Shown: positions 23,468 to 32,705 of the stretch, one piece after another
Numbering within the stretch: position 1 is the stretch's first letter
How the letters are laid out: the number at the start of each line of letters is the position of its first letter
NCBI GenBank assembly: GCA_020891255.1
Contig: BQFW01000004.1
Coordinates: 310,001 to 374,000, forward strand
Length of the DNA: 64,000 bases
Origin: Entomortierella parvispora E1425
Lineage: Eukaryota > Fungi > Mortierellomycota
Reading direction: 5' to 3'
Translations under genes and position numbers: made by a program
Notes under the pieces: model-generated
Told to the model about the DNA's origin: nothing
Databases searched by the model: none
The model's input: the letters and a program-made list of their open reading frames with translations, nothing else

Positions 23468-26400
23468 ATGGAAGAGCAACCGCCCGTGGTCAAAGTCCTT
23501 GCTGTCCCCGAGCTCGTGGATCTCGTCCAGGTCTACTTGACTTCAAATACGGATCTAGTCCATCTCACCCTGGTCTCAAAGGCCTTCGCCCTGCTCTTCA
23601 ACCCACTTCTGTGGCAAACCATCGAGATCAGAACGGAACGGCAGCATCGCCTCTTTGTCAACACTCCACAGGTTCAGGATGCTATCCGTCGACTGGGTAA
23701 CGACTGCGTCCGAGTCATTCGTGTTCGAACGCCCAAGAGCTTGGCACCCCTTGTCCAGGCGAATACCCCCTTACTGCAGCTACACACCTTAGAGTTCCCT
23801 TGGCCAAGACGGCTGATCTTTGAAGACATGGTATTCAGGGCCAGGAATCTGCAGCCGTTCGAGGAAGAGCTGGACGTATTGAACGAGCCTTACCCCGATC
23901 ATTTTTTTCTTGAGCGGGAGAAATTCCACAGAACCAGAGCAGAGCCAGCACTTTCCATGACTCCTGAAGCAACAGACCATCGACCTCTTGCAGCAACCCG
24001 GCCACTCCGCTCTTTGTTCTGGTTACAACAGCGGCGAAAGGGCATTTGGAGACTGGAGTTTGATATTCTGCATCTCGCTCTCAGGATGATTCGATCAGAA
24101 GTGCCTCTTCGCCAGGCTGTCGAGGACATGTTCCATCTTCGACAATCACAGGAGGCCCTGGCAGAGAGCAATAGGCTGCTGCGTCCCTTATTCGCCCAAG
24201 CCGCATCAGGAGACCTGGCTGGAGCAAAGTCAAAACTGGAAGCTGATCAGGACATTGAGGACGTCTTCTTTCGTCAGGCCACAGTTCTTCCAGAGCTGGT
24301 GTCGAAATTGAGGAGAGGCGTAAAGTTGTGGGAAAAGCTGGTACCGGAGGAGGAGTCCTTGCTCCTGTTGATCGAGGATCAAATTAATCGGATCAACAGC
24401 TTTTTGGCAGAGGATGACAGGGAGCTCAGCAAGAGTGTCACTAGTGTTTGGGAGAGGGCTAAATTGCGCTGCCAGAAGCATGTAGGGGACGTCGAATCGC
24501 TTCAACGCAAGCTCCACACTCAGGAACATCAGCCGTATCGAGCATCTGCAACCATACGACGACTGCAGGAACGAGTAGAACGCAACCGTCAACTACTACA
24601 GCAAGACGTACAACAACAAAGACATGATATCTACCAACAATACATGACGCTTCTTTTGTCACGCGAAAGGACCTTGAAGTATTGGGATAGCGACTTGCAG
24701 ATGATGCTCATTAGCTTCCATCACTCGCACCAGCGACAGGGACAGTTATTCATTACACCAATCCAACGCTCTCTTCGGAATCATCTACAAAGCGAACCAA
24801 TATTACTGTTCCAGGAGTCCAGCGAGAATCGATCTCCCAGTTTGACTCTGTCAGGGCAATTGCTGGACCGTATGCAAACTTCAGTTGCGGAACAATTGAT
24901 CTACCTTTCCAACTTTAAGCCCGAGGAGAACGTTCGACCCGCGCCGCCACTGGTGGTACCAGATCCTTTCAACGAGCCCCCTCTACTTTCAGAATGGCCG
25001 AGCTATTCCGACCTTTGGGATTATTTTGACCCTGTCAGCGATGTTGACGAATGGCTGGTACCGTTTCTCACTCAAGTGTGTCCTAATCTGAGGTCATTTG
25101 GATGCATATATTTCCCGTTCGCGTCCGGATCCCTCCTCCGAGCCCTGTCATCCCCTCCTCTCTCTCTTTCCTTGACTGTCTTGTCCCTGGTCAACGCGAA
25201 TCCTGAATTGCACGTCGACGCCTCCGAACTCTTACAGCAGCTCATCGACCTACCACCTCGCTTGGACTCCTTCAGGTTCGGAGCAGAACTGGTGTTCAAT
25301 TCTGAAGCATCATCGACACAAGGACTAGAGACTCTCTTTTCTCGCTTCTCAATTCAGGGGTTGCCGGCACTTGGATTGACAACTCTGATGATCGAGGGCT
25401 CCATCCGCGACTATGACTCGAGGATCTGGACAGGAATTTTGCGTCGGTGCAGCAATCTCGAAACATTGGGCCTCAGAAGCTATTTCCCAGGCACGCTTCT
25501 GAGAGAACTTGCTGAACTGTTTATCAACGAGGGCGCTTGTCCGCTTCTCCGGGAACTCTGCTTATCGGGGGGGACCTTGGATCAAGATGCAGAGCTTGCA
25601 AAATTCCTGGAGGCTTGCAGCATGAGTGCCGATAATAGTAAAACTGGAGACCATAGTGACGGGAGCGGAAGATATGGACCCATTATCTTGAAATCACGAC
25701 GGAAGGGTGTCACACGGATCCAGCTGATGGATGCGGGTCACTTGGGCCAGGAGTCGTACAGGGTTTTGCATCGCTGCTACCACAAGACTCTGACGCATTT
25801 GAGTATTCATGACTGTCCAGGTCCATTGTCCTACAAGTATCGGCCTACTTCACCACTGCTATCTGACTCATTCAATGGTGGCGACACTGCCGTGCATCCA
25901 ATCCTGGAGACTCTTGCCTTGTTCACGGGCCTTCAAACTCTGGAAACATTCCCATCCAGGAGCTTCTACCCATACCCAACAACAGAGGTCAATCCTGGAA
26001 CATTCTTGGATGCCCATCATTTGATCCACCAATATGACAGGATATCAGAGGAAACCGCAAACTCGACAGTGGCAGCAACATTGATGCCTGTGGCATTCCA
26101 GCCTTGGCAGTGTTTTTCCACCCTACGGGTTTTACAGATCATTATCGGCGGCAATCTTTTGGAAATTCCTGAAAAAGGAGGGACTGCGTCTGGAAATGGC
26201 GGTCGTGAAACTAGAGGGGTACCAGTCCAGCGTCTTGCTGTTCTACAAAACTGCCGAAAGATCTGCAGAATGTTAGGCACCTTGACAGCGCTCGAGGAGC
26301 TGTATTTAGGATCTGATAGCACAGGAGAAGTCTCTGCATTGTACCAAGCAGCACACGATGAGGTCTACGAGGGTAAACCTCCACAATCGCCAAGCAATGA

Positions 26401-26785
26401 ACAACCCTGGACATCATTACCACGGAGAACGCCCACTGGATCCACAGAAGCATCCACTCTTCCTGGACTGCGAGCGATCCCTCATCTTGTCCGAGAAACG
26501 GCCATCTATTACGGTTTGCAAATGGACAAAAGTCTCAAGCAGGACGCGCAGTCAAACTGTCTGTTGATGTCGCTGGAAAGTGGCCTGGATGAAATGGCGG
26601 AGCTCCAGGCGTTGCGAGTCCTCGATATCAGTTTTATGGACCATGAGATTGGTCTCCCGGAACTTCAATGGATGATGGAGCACTGGACCTCTTTAAAGTC
26701 AGTACCCGGCCTGATGCGAGACGATTGGACAGATGAACTCGATGACTGGCTACGGATCAATGCACCTCATGTTCGATACTATTGA
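23468..26785 (+). CDS. F-box-like / RNI-like LRR protein with large helical insert (~1105 aa, intronless)
   Basis: N-terminal VLAVPELVDLVQVYL...LVSKAFALLFNPLLWQTI F-box-like motif. LRR region (CPNLRSF, CSNLETL, CPLLREL). C-terminal SLESGLDEMAELQALRVL...ELQWMMEHW signature. ATG at 23468 preferred over the ORF-track start at 23204. Confidence 0.85.
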   Translation: MEEQPPVVKVLAVPELVDLVQVYLTSNTDLVHLTLVSKAFALLFNPLLWQTIEIRTERQHRLFVNTPQVQDAIRRLGNDCVRVIRVRTPKSLAPLVQANTPLLQLHTLEFPWPRRLIFEDMVFRARNLQPFEEELDVLNEPYPDHFFLEREKFHRTRAEPALSMTPEATDHRPLAATRPLRSLFWLQQRRKGIWRLEFDILHLALRMIRSEVPLRQAVEDMFHLRQSQEALAESNRLLRPLFAQAASGDLAGAKSKLEADQDIEDVFFRQATVLPELVSKLRRGVKLWEKLVPEEESLLLLIEDQINRINSFLAEDDRELSKSVTSVWERAKLRCQKHVGDVESLQRKLHTQEHQPYRASATIRRLQERVERNRQLLQQDVQQQRHDIYQQYMTLLLSRERTLKYWDSDLQMMLISFHHSHQRQGQLFITPIQRSLRNHLQSEPILLFQESSENRSPSLTLSGQLLDRMQTSVAEQLIYLSNFKPEENVRPAPPLVVPDPFNEPPLLSEWPSYSDLWDYFDPVSDVDEWLVPFLTQVCPNLRSFGCIYFPFASGSLLRALSSPPLSLSLTVLSLVNANPELHVDASELLQQLIDLPPRLDSFRFGAELVFNSEASSTQGLETLFSRFSIQGLPALGLTTLMIEGSIRDYDSRIWTGILRRCSNLETLGLRSYFPGTLLRELAELFINEGACPLLRELCLSGGTLDQDAELAKFLEACSMSADNSKTGDHSDGSGRYGPIILKSRRKGVTRIQLMDAGHLGQESYRVLHRCYHKTLTHLSIHDCPGPLSYKYRPTSPLLSDSFNGGDTAVHPILETLALFTGLQTLETFPSRSFYPYPTTEVNPGTFLDAHHLIHQYDRISEETANSTVAATLMPVAFQPWQCFSTLRVLQIIIGGNLLEIPEKGGTASGNGGRETRGVPVQRLAVLQNCRKICRMLGTLTALEELYLGSDSTGEVSALYQAAHDEVYEGKPPQSPSNEQPWTSLPRRTPTGSTEASTLPGLRAIPHLVRETAIYYGLQMDKSLKQDAQSNCLLMSLESGLDEMAELQALRVLDISFMDHEIGLPELQWMMEHWTSLKSVPGLMRDDWTDELDDWLRINAPHVRYY

Positions 26786-26835
26786 AAAGTGATGTTTCCT
26801 CTCTTTAATTAATAAAAAAAAACTGCATGGTGAAA

Positions 26836-28791
26836 TCAACAAAAATATTTGTCAGCCGCAGTGATGCCCGGTAATGATTCGAATTGTGGCCAATGCTCCT
26901 TTATCCATTCAATCTCTGCGGGGCCAACCCTTGCCCTGGAGGGTCGCAACAACATCAAACGCTTCAATCGCTTGAGTCGGGACATGTGGCAAAGTCCCTG
27001 CCTGAGCGAAAGATCCAGAGAAACCTGACGGCACGCACTCCATGGAGGTCCATAGGGATCTTCATCTTCTTTCTTGTTATAGTTGTTATAGTCGACCCAG
27101 GGGTCAAAGTCTGCCATCACCTCGTTGCAGTCCAGGGTCAAATCTTCCAAAGCCTCCAGTTGCCCGAACCGCTTGTAGACGGCCGTAAAGTAAAAAGGGA
27201 AACGTTCTGCCTGCCTCTCTTTGGTAATCTTGAGATTCAGCGAGAGCACGCGCAGGGTTGGAGTACACGGCCACGACAGTCGCACCCTTGGCACCATCAG
27301 TATCTCTTTAGGCATCGACCTCTGAGCCAGGGTCACGTCCATATCCTCTTCCATTTCGTCCTCGCTGCCCTTCAAGACCTCTCCGCTAAACAAGAATTGG
27401 AACCAGTCCACGGTAGGTGTTCGAGGACTGTCCCACATCATGACTCCCAGCCCTGGCCGATCCATAGCGATACCATTGGGGGAACTTCCGATCGTAATGA
27501 ACGTCTCCAATCGGGGACATTGTTCCAAGAGTTGTAACACAGACTTGCTGTCGAAAGAGGAGCCGCAGTGTACGATAGAGATTCTTTCAAGCGTAGGATA
27601 GTGCATTGCCAAAGACCGCTTGCCGTCATAAAGATCACAGCGACAATTGAGAGTGAGAGACCGCAATCCTCGCGGTCGTGCGGGCGCCAACGGCGGCTGT
27701 TCTCCATCGTTCGCACGCAAGAGACTGCGGAGAATCCTGGCGGCGCACCAGTCAGTATCTCCTAGGAGGATGAGATTCAACTCCTCAATCCTGCTCACCC
27801 GAAGCACATCAGCCAGTTCGGACATCCGTTTGGCGTCCATAGACGGCGCTTTGAATGCGACGAGATTTGGGCAATGCCTTAATATCTCGAACAGGACCCA
27901 TGACGGTGCATGTCCTATGTTGGTGCAACTCAGTCGTGTGAGTCGAAGCTTGACCTCCATCGTCTCCAAGAGAGACCGAGCGGTGGGAGGAGGACTAAGG
28001 CGTTCCGGGAAGAGTTGGTTCTGATAGTGAAGCCACGTTGTTTCGAAATCTCCTTGCCAGAACGAGTCATTACACTGCCCTTTCAGGGTCAACTCCTGGA
28101 CCCTGTCCGGCAAGTGCAGAATCACATCAACAATGTTCTCCATGGGGATCGGCCCAAGCACCAGCACCTCGAGGCTCTCCAGCGTGGGCAATAGCTGGAT
28201 CAGTCGAGGTACGAACGGTAGAGGCGTGTTCGCCGTACTGACGAATCCCTCCAGGTGTAAGCTTTGTAAAGTCAACCTGTTTTGTTCAGCAAGGGTCAGG
28301 ATACGGCGACTGAGCGTTGCTGTGTCGACCTGTCCGACAAACTCGCTCTCTTTATACGAATGATTGTCGTCCATCTCGTCCCAGTGCATCCAGTTTCTTT
28401 CGGCCGCCGCCCGTCTGTGCCCCACTTGCTTGAGCGTCCTGAGTTGCTTGCAAAGGGCTCCCTCTTGAAGCAAGGCGTAGCCGAGCCTGTTCTCAGAATG
28501 GGGCAAGACGACGTGCCGAGCAAAACGGGCGCCGTAGCGAACCAGGGCCTCTTCGACCTCTTTGGAGGGACAGAGCGGAAAGATAGTGTTGGGTCTGTCA
28601 TCGTTTGACCGGACACTGTTCAAAGTCCGCCAGCGATGTTCTAGGAATGCCTCGTGGAATGAACGCGACACGAGAACCGCATTGGCAAAGTGCCATGGCT
28701 GGAGCTGCTGGCAAATGAGGTCAGTCAATAGTGGGATGGCAATGACTTTGTGCACAGCCCTGCCAACAAGTTGACTCGGGTCCCTGTCCAT
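26836..28791 (-). CDS. F-box-like / RNI-like LRR protein (651 aa, intronless)
   Basis: F-box-like N-terminus, LRRs (CPNLVAF, CPRLETF), and the same C-terminal signature (LSLRQGLCHMSRLKRLKRL...EIEWIKEHWP). Convergent with the previous gene, 50 nt between stops. Confidence 0.88.
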   Translation of the reverse strand: MDRDPSQLVGRAVHKVIAIPLLTDLICQQLQPWHFANAVLVSRSFHEAFLEHRWRTLNSVRSNDDRPNTIFPLCPSKEVEEALVRYGARFARHVVLPHSENRLGYALLQEGALCKQLRTLKQVGHRRAAAERNWMHWDEMDDNHSYKESEFVGQVDTATLSRRILTLAEQNRLTLQSLHLEGFVSTANTPLPFVPRLIQLLPTLESLEVLVLGPIPMENIVDVILHLPDRVQELTLKGQCNDSFWQGDFETTWLHYQNQLFPERLSPPPTARSLLETMEVKLRLTRLSCTNIGHAPSWVLFEILRHCPNLVAFKAPSMDAKRMSELADVLRVSRIEELNLILLGDTDWCAARILRSLLRANDGEQPPLAPARPRGLRSLTLNCRCDLYDGKRSLAMHYPTLERISIVHCGSSFDSKSVLQLLEQCPRLETFITIGSSPNGIAMDRPGLGVMMWDSPRTPTVDWFQFLFSGEVLKGSEDEMEEDMDVTLAQRSMPKEILMVPRVRLSWPCTPTLRVLSLNLKITKERQAERFPFYFTAVYKRFGQLEALEDLTLDCNEVMADFDPWVDYNNYNKKEDEDPYGPPWSACRQVSLDLSLRQGLCHMSRLKRLKRLMLLRPSRARVGPAEIEWIKEHWPQFESLPGITAADKYFC

Positions 28792-29098
28792 GGGATTGGT
28801 TTACTGAATGGGAAGGGTGGGATGTCGCCATTCCTGTCGGTCAGAGTGCTGTTCATCGCTGATCCAAGTTTACGCTCCCGCCTGCCCAATTGACCTTTCT
28901 GCGGTTATTTCGGCGGTTACACAACCTTGACCGAAAAACAAACATCCTTGGCAAATCGCTGCTGGGATGTCTGTCATCTGGTAGTCGAAGCGTAAAGAGG
29001 GCAATTGTATAAAGTATCCCTACCTTGAGTGATCCCTTCCAAATCCTCTTCGCCTTCCTTTTCAAAACCTATCCTTCCCTGAGAAATACAAAGCAACG

Positions 29099-30349
29099 AT
29101 GTCCAGAAGATTCTCTTTATCCTCCAAGTTTCCCCTTTCCTACTTTCTGTCGGAGGAGGACGATGGCTTTTATTTCAACGTGCAAGACGACGACCCATGC
29201 TCCTCCTCAACACCCCTATCAAATGCATCGTCCACTTCCCCGTATGTGGTCTCGCACAGCATCACGGTTGCAGCCCCTGAGACCAACCACGCTCTCTCCC
29301 AGTCCTTTCCTCCCGAGACTCCCGGCAGAACCCACGTTGCCACTCTAGGCTCCCTTCCAGTCCCAAGACTGGTATCCACCGGGATTGATCCTAGACTCTT
29401 TGCTAAAAATGAGTCCGGAAGGTTTGCAGTCAATGTTTTTGAGTACTCTGTCACCTTCGAAGCCTCGCCCCTGATCAATACTCAACTGGAGAATCCGTCT
29501 TACAATCCGACGTTGACGGCCAGCGTCACTTATGGTCATTGGTATATTTATCCCCGGTACCGCATGAACTTTTTCTTGAGCCTCCGCTCGCAAGCTCTGG
29601 GCTTTAGCAACGGCCTGTACGCGGTCGGGTATATGGCACTGATTCGAGACCGCTTTGATGACTTTGAGCCTGCAGTCCACTCCATTGGAAACTTTCACTA
29701 CTGGAGAAGGAACACAATGTTTGGGTGCACCAATAGCCGCGGTGGCACCTTGTACGACGGCAAGGACATTACGGATGATATTCTAGATGCCTCTGGTGGC
29801 GAGTATGAGACTGTGTCGTCGTCGATCCCACCTACTAGATCCAGACAATCGAAGCAAGCGGCCCAGCATGTGAAAGGAAAGGGAAAGGGAAAGGTACGCT
29901 GTACCGTTGAAGGCTGCACGGCCTCATACGCGACGCTCAGTGGTATGAACGGTCACAGAAGTGACTTCCATGGCTTTGGTGGCAAGAACTTTCGGTGCCT
30001 CGAGTGGAAGTGTAGCCGCCGTATCAAGAGCAACACCCGCTGTACCATTGCATGCTCAATGGACTGTGGGCACATATGCGGGGAGGTGTTACCGCAGAAG
30101 AGCAGTCTGATTCGACACATCTGCACCCATCATACCGGAGCAAAGCCCTATCTCTGCAAGTACTCGGATAAAGGATGCACCGCAGCGTTTTCGAGGATCG
30201 ACGCCGGGCAAAAGGGGCACTACGATCTATGCCATAACGGAGCTCCAGACCCTCCTGTCAAGATAAGAAAAAAGGGTGGCTCGGCCCAAGTCCCGAAGAG
30301 TACCCTTCCCAATCCTTCCATCTCTGCTGCTGGCCTTTCGTCTTTTTAA
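29099..30349 (+). CDS. C2H2-type zinc-finger protein (416 aa)
   Basis: Fingers CTVEGC...HRSDFH, CGHIC...HICTHH, TGAKPY linker, CKYSDKGC...HYDLCH. TATAAA near 29008. Confidence 0.8.
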   Translation: MSRRFSLSSKFPLSYFLSEEDDGFYFNVQDDDPCSSSTPLSNASSTSPYVVSHSITVAAPETNHALSQSFPPETPGRTHVATLGSLPVPRLVSTGIDPRLFAKNESGRFAVNVFEYSVTFEASPLINTQLENPSYNPTLTASVTYGHWYIYPRYRMNFFLSLRSQALGFSNGLYAVGYMALIRDRFDDFEPAVHSIGNFHYWRRNTMFGCTNSRGGTLYDGKDITDDILDASGGEYETVSSSIPPTRSRQSKQAAQHVKGKGKGKVRCTVEGCTASYATLSGMNGHRSDFHGFGGKNFRCLEWKCSRRIKSNTRCTIACSMDCGHICGEVLPQKSSLIRHICTHHTGAKPYLCKYSDKGCTAAFSRIDAGQKGHYDLCHNGAPDPPVKIRKKGGSAQVPKSTLPNPSISAAGLSSF

Positions 30350-30807
30350 CGCCAAGCAAGCCAACCGCGTATCAATTTTGTTACCGATATTGTACTATTT
30401 ATTCTCCCCATTCTCTTCTCTTCCGTCTCTTTTCACACAGCTCCACAACTGCAATTTCCAGCGTATTTATACATAAAAGACGACAAGGCAATTTAGTCCA
30501 TTTTGTTTTGTTCTGTTTGTGAATAACTTCTTTTTTTTTTTACAAAAAAAGCGAGAGAGCGAGAAGGGAGAAAAGAAAAGGAAAAGAAAACGGAATCAAA
30601 GGATGCAAGGCAACGGCGGTGAAGTTTCAAGGACCTAGCCCTCACGGGTGACTGCGAGTATCCTTTCTCATGTGTCTCGACCGTGGGGTGCTGAGTCCGC
30701 AAAAAACGGGTGGCGGAGGTGTGTTTGACGTGCGCTCTTCTGTTGACTGTAGTGTTGTGACAAGGCTGTCAAAGATCGGGTAGATCAGCAGCCAGTGCCG
30801 AGCATAG

Positions 30808-30875
30808 CCTTCCTCCTTTCTTGTGTGTCCAAGAGAATCCCTTTTTGATTCTCTTTGGAAGTCCGCTTTTTTTTC
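30808..30875. repeat. Dispersed hairpin repeat, copy b
   Basis: CCTTCCTCCTTTCTTGTG...CCAAGAGAATC...GATTCTCTTTGG, a direct repeat of 31564-31630. Confidence 0.85.
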
Positions 30876-31563
30876 TCGCTAGATCATATCGAATGCGTGG
30901 TATTAGCTTGGTAGAAAAGAAGAATGTTACAAGCAGCACTGTAAAGTTGACTTACAAGAAATCTTTGAATTTTTTGTGGTCATACAGCGAAGCTACCTCA
31001 TAATAGTCGTTGAAGGGGCCTGAGATGTCGTAGTTTCCGATAATACAGGCGAAGGTGAATGCATCGTAGTCGAACTATACATTCAACGGGTGGTGGCCAA
31101 ATTCATTAAAAGCAATGGCCACGTCCTATTTTTCCTCATTCTCATCTAGATCTTCGCTGTTTGACTTCATTTGTTGACAGCCGTGAAAGGCAACATATTA
31201 ATTTTTCACGTAATGTCCAAGTTAGCCAAATGGAACGTCATGCGACCTACCTGCGAGAGGCTGTTTGGATCAGGGGTGCCCGCTTGGCTCATCACTACAC
31301 TACTACCGCTGGTTACCCTTGGTCCCCGTATGTCTACTTTACAGATTTGGAAATAGATCAAAGAGCAGTGAGTAAATGGTTGACTGTTGTGGAGATGAAG
31401 TCCAAAAGATACCTCATCCTGTTTGTCGACCTCTTGAAACTTGTCTCCCTTGCCAAGGACTGACTGCTCCTGTGTACACAGCCTCTCGCGAGTTTTTTTT
31501 TCGACGAGCGAGTTGCGTAGTTTGTGTTGAACCAGGCGAACCTTATCATAGACAATACAATAA

Positions 31564-31630
31564 CCTTCCTCCTTTCTTGTGGGCCCAAGAGAACCACTTT
31601 TTGACTCTATTTGGAAATCTGCTTTTTTCT
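31564..31630. repeat. Dispersed hairpin repeat, copy c
   Basis: About 8 mismatches to copy b over ~67 nt by manual alignment. Confidence 0.85.
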
Positions 31631-32372
31631 GCTTTCAAGTGAACTGCTGGTGGTCGCTATGAGTCCTGAATAGTCGTACAGTAACGGAAAGCTCCAGGTT
31701 GATCATCCATGTTGCTTTTGGATTGCAGAGAAATTTAAATGGAAAGAAAGGATGGCAGGCATGGAATGGGGACGCGACATGAGCGCGCGTGCAGTGGCTT
31801 AGAAACATGTGACAAGTATCCCTCCGAACTGGGGTGGAGAGGGGTCTGTTCGGCTTGCCACCACGCGCCATGGTAGGTCAAGGTGGCAAAGAAGTGGCAA
31901 TTGGGAACCGTGGCTGCAAAAAGACAAGGAGAGGGAGTTGTGATTCATTTCATGTCTGTCCTTGATGGTGCCAAAGACATTTGCAAAAAAAAAAAAAAAC
32001 TGCTGCTGCTGGGTTTGTCTCGGTTATGGTCAAATCACCCTCTGCAACTAGGTTGACTGCATGGGTCTGGCGCACTCGCAGTGCAGCTCGAAACGAGTAA
32101 TAGCATTTCTGCTATTGTTGATGCTGCTGCTGTTGCCGAGATTCCCCTTTTTCTGCTTTCTTGACCCTCTGAGTCTTGCTTCGATTCCTTCCTATTGTTG
32201 TCCTCAGTCAGACCTTTGCTGTTGAGTGGGCAAGTTGGATGAGTGTAGAGAAACATGTTGTCACCATGTCTGCCTGTGATATCAATTATGTTTTATTATT
32301 GTTGGTAGCTTGGAAGGAGCTGAGGACAATAAGGGGACTGGGTAGGTATCAAGACTGAGGCAATGATTATTA

Positions 32373-32705
32373 TTACTGCGGTTGGAAGGATCTGATCTGA
32401 TAGTTGCCCTGTAAGTTACCGCTACCCCCGGATAGCGTGGAGCCCACAAGTGCGTGGAAGTTGGTGCCCGTATAGTATTGGACTCTGTGGCCAGATCTAT
32501 TTTCCACAGAACGTACGTTCTGTCCGCGCTGGATGAATGCGCAAATTTCAGCAGTGTTTTGGACCTTGCTCATGGACCACTGGCAACGTGTCCCGTCACC
32601 ATTCCAGCCACTATAGATGCAAAAGTATCCAGGGGTACAGGAGAAAGCCGCTTCAGTTGGGGTAAAAGCCACCGCCAGAAGCACAGATAAGGCAGTGAGC
32701 TTCAT
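32373..32705 (-). CDS. Small secreted protein resembling actinobacterial peptidase inhibitor family I36 (SMPI / beta-gamma-crystallin-like), 110 aa
   Basis: Signal peptide then SCTPGYFCIYSGWNGDGTRCQWS...NVRSVENRSGHRVQYY...NLQGNYQIRSF, with four Cys. Putative 5-prime-UTR intron at 32708-32799 (GTAAGA, CTAAC branch, TAG). TATAAA near 32876-32881 and poly(A)-like signal near 32292. Confidence 0.8.
   Translation of the reverse strand: MKLTALSVLLAVAFTPTEAAFSCTPGYFCIYSGWNGDGTRCQWSMSKVQNTAEICAFIQRGQNVRSVENRSGHRVQYYTGTNFHALVGSTLSGGSGNLQGNYQIRSFQPQ

Larger units (their letters stand above)
30780..31710 (-). pseudogene. Spliced pseudogene remnant(s) related to the 18.7-19.9 kb locus
   Basis: Protein-like frame with TAG stops (EK*DVAIAFNEFGHHPLNV*FDYDAFTF...KKFKDF) ends at a perfect GTAAGT donor (30955) with CTAAT branch and TAG acceptor (30879). 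Two copies of the KRxKKxFSWxxKKGGRL motif. Confidence 0.45.

Noticed and set aside
30808-30882. Helitron 3-prime end (hairpin then CTAG)
   Set aside because: The other copies end in CCAG or CAAG, the hairpin is AT-rich, the base after CTAG is A rather than T, and no Rep/helicase remnant was seen.
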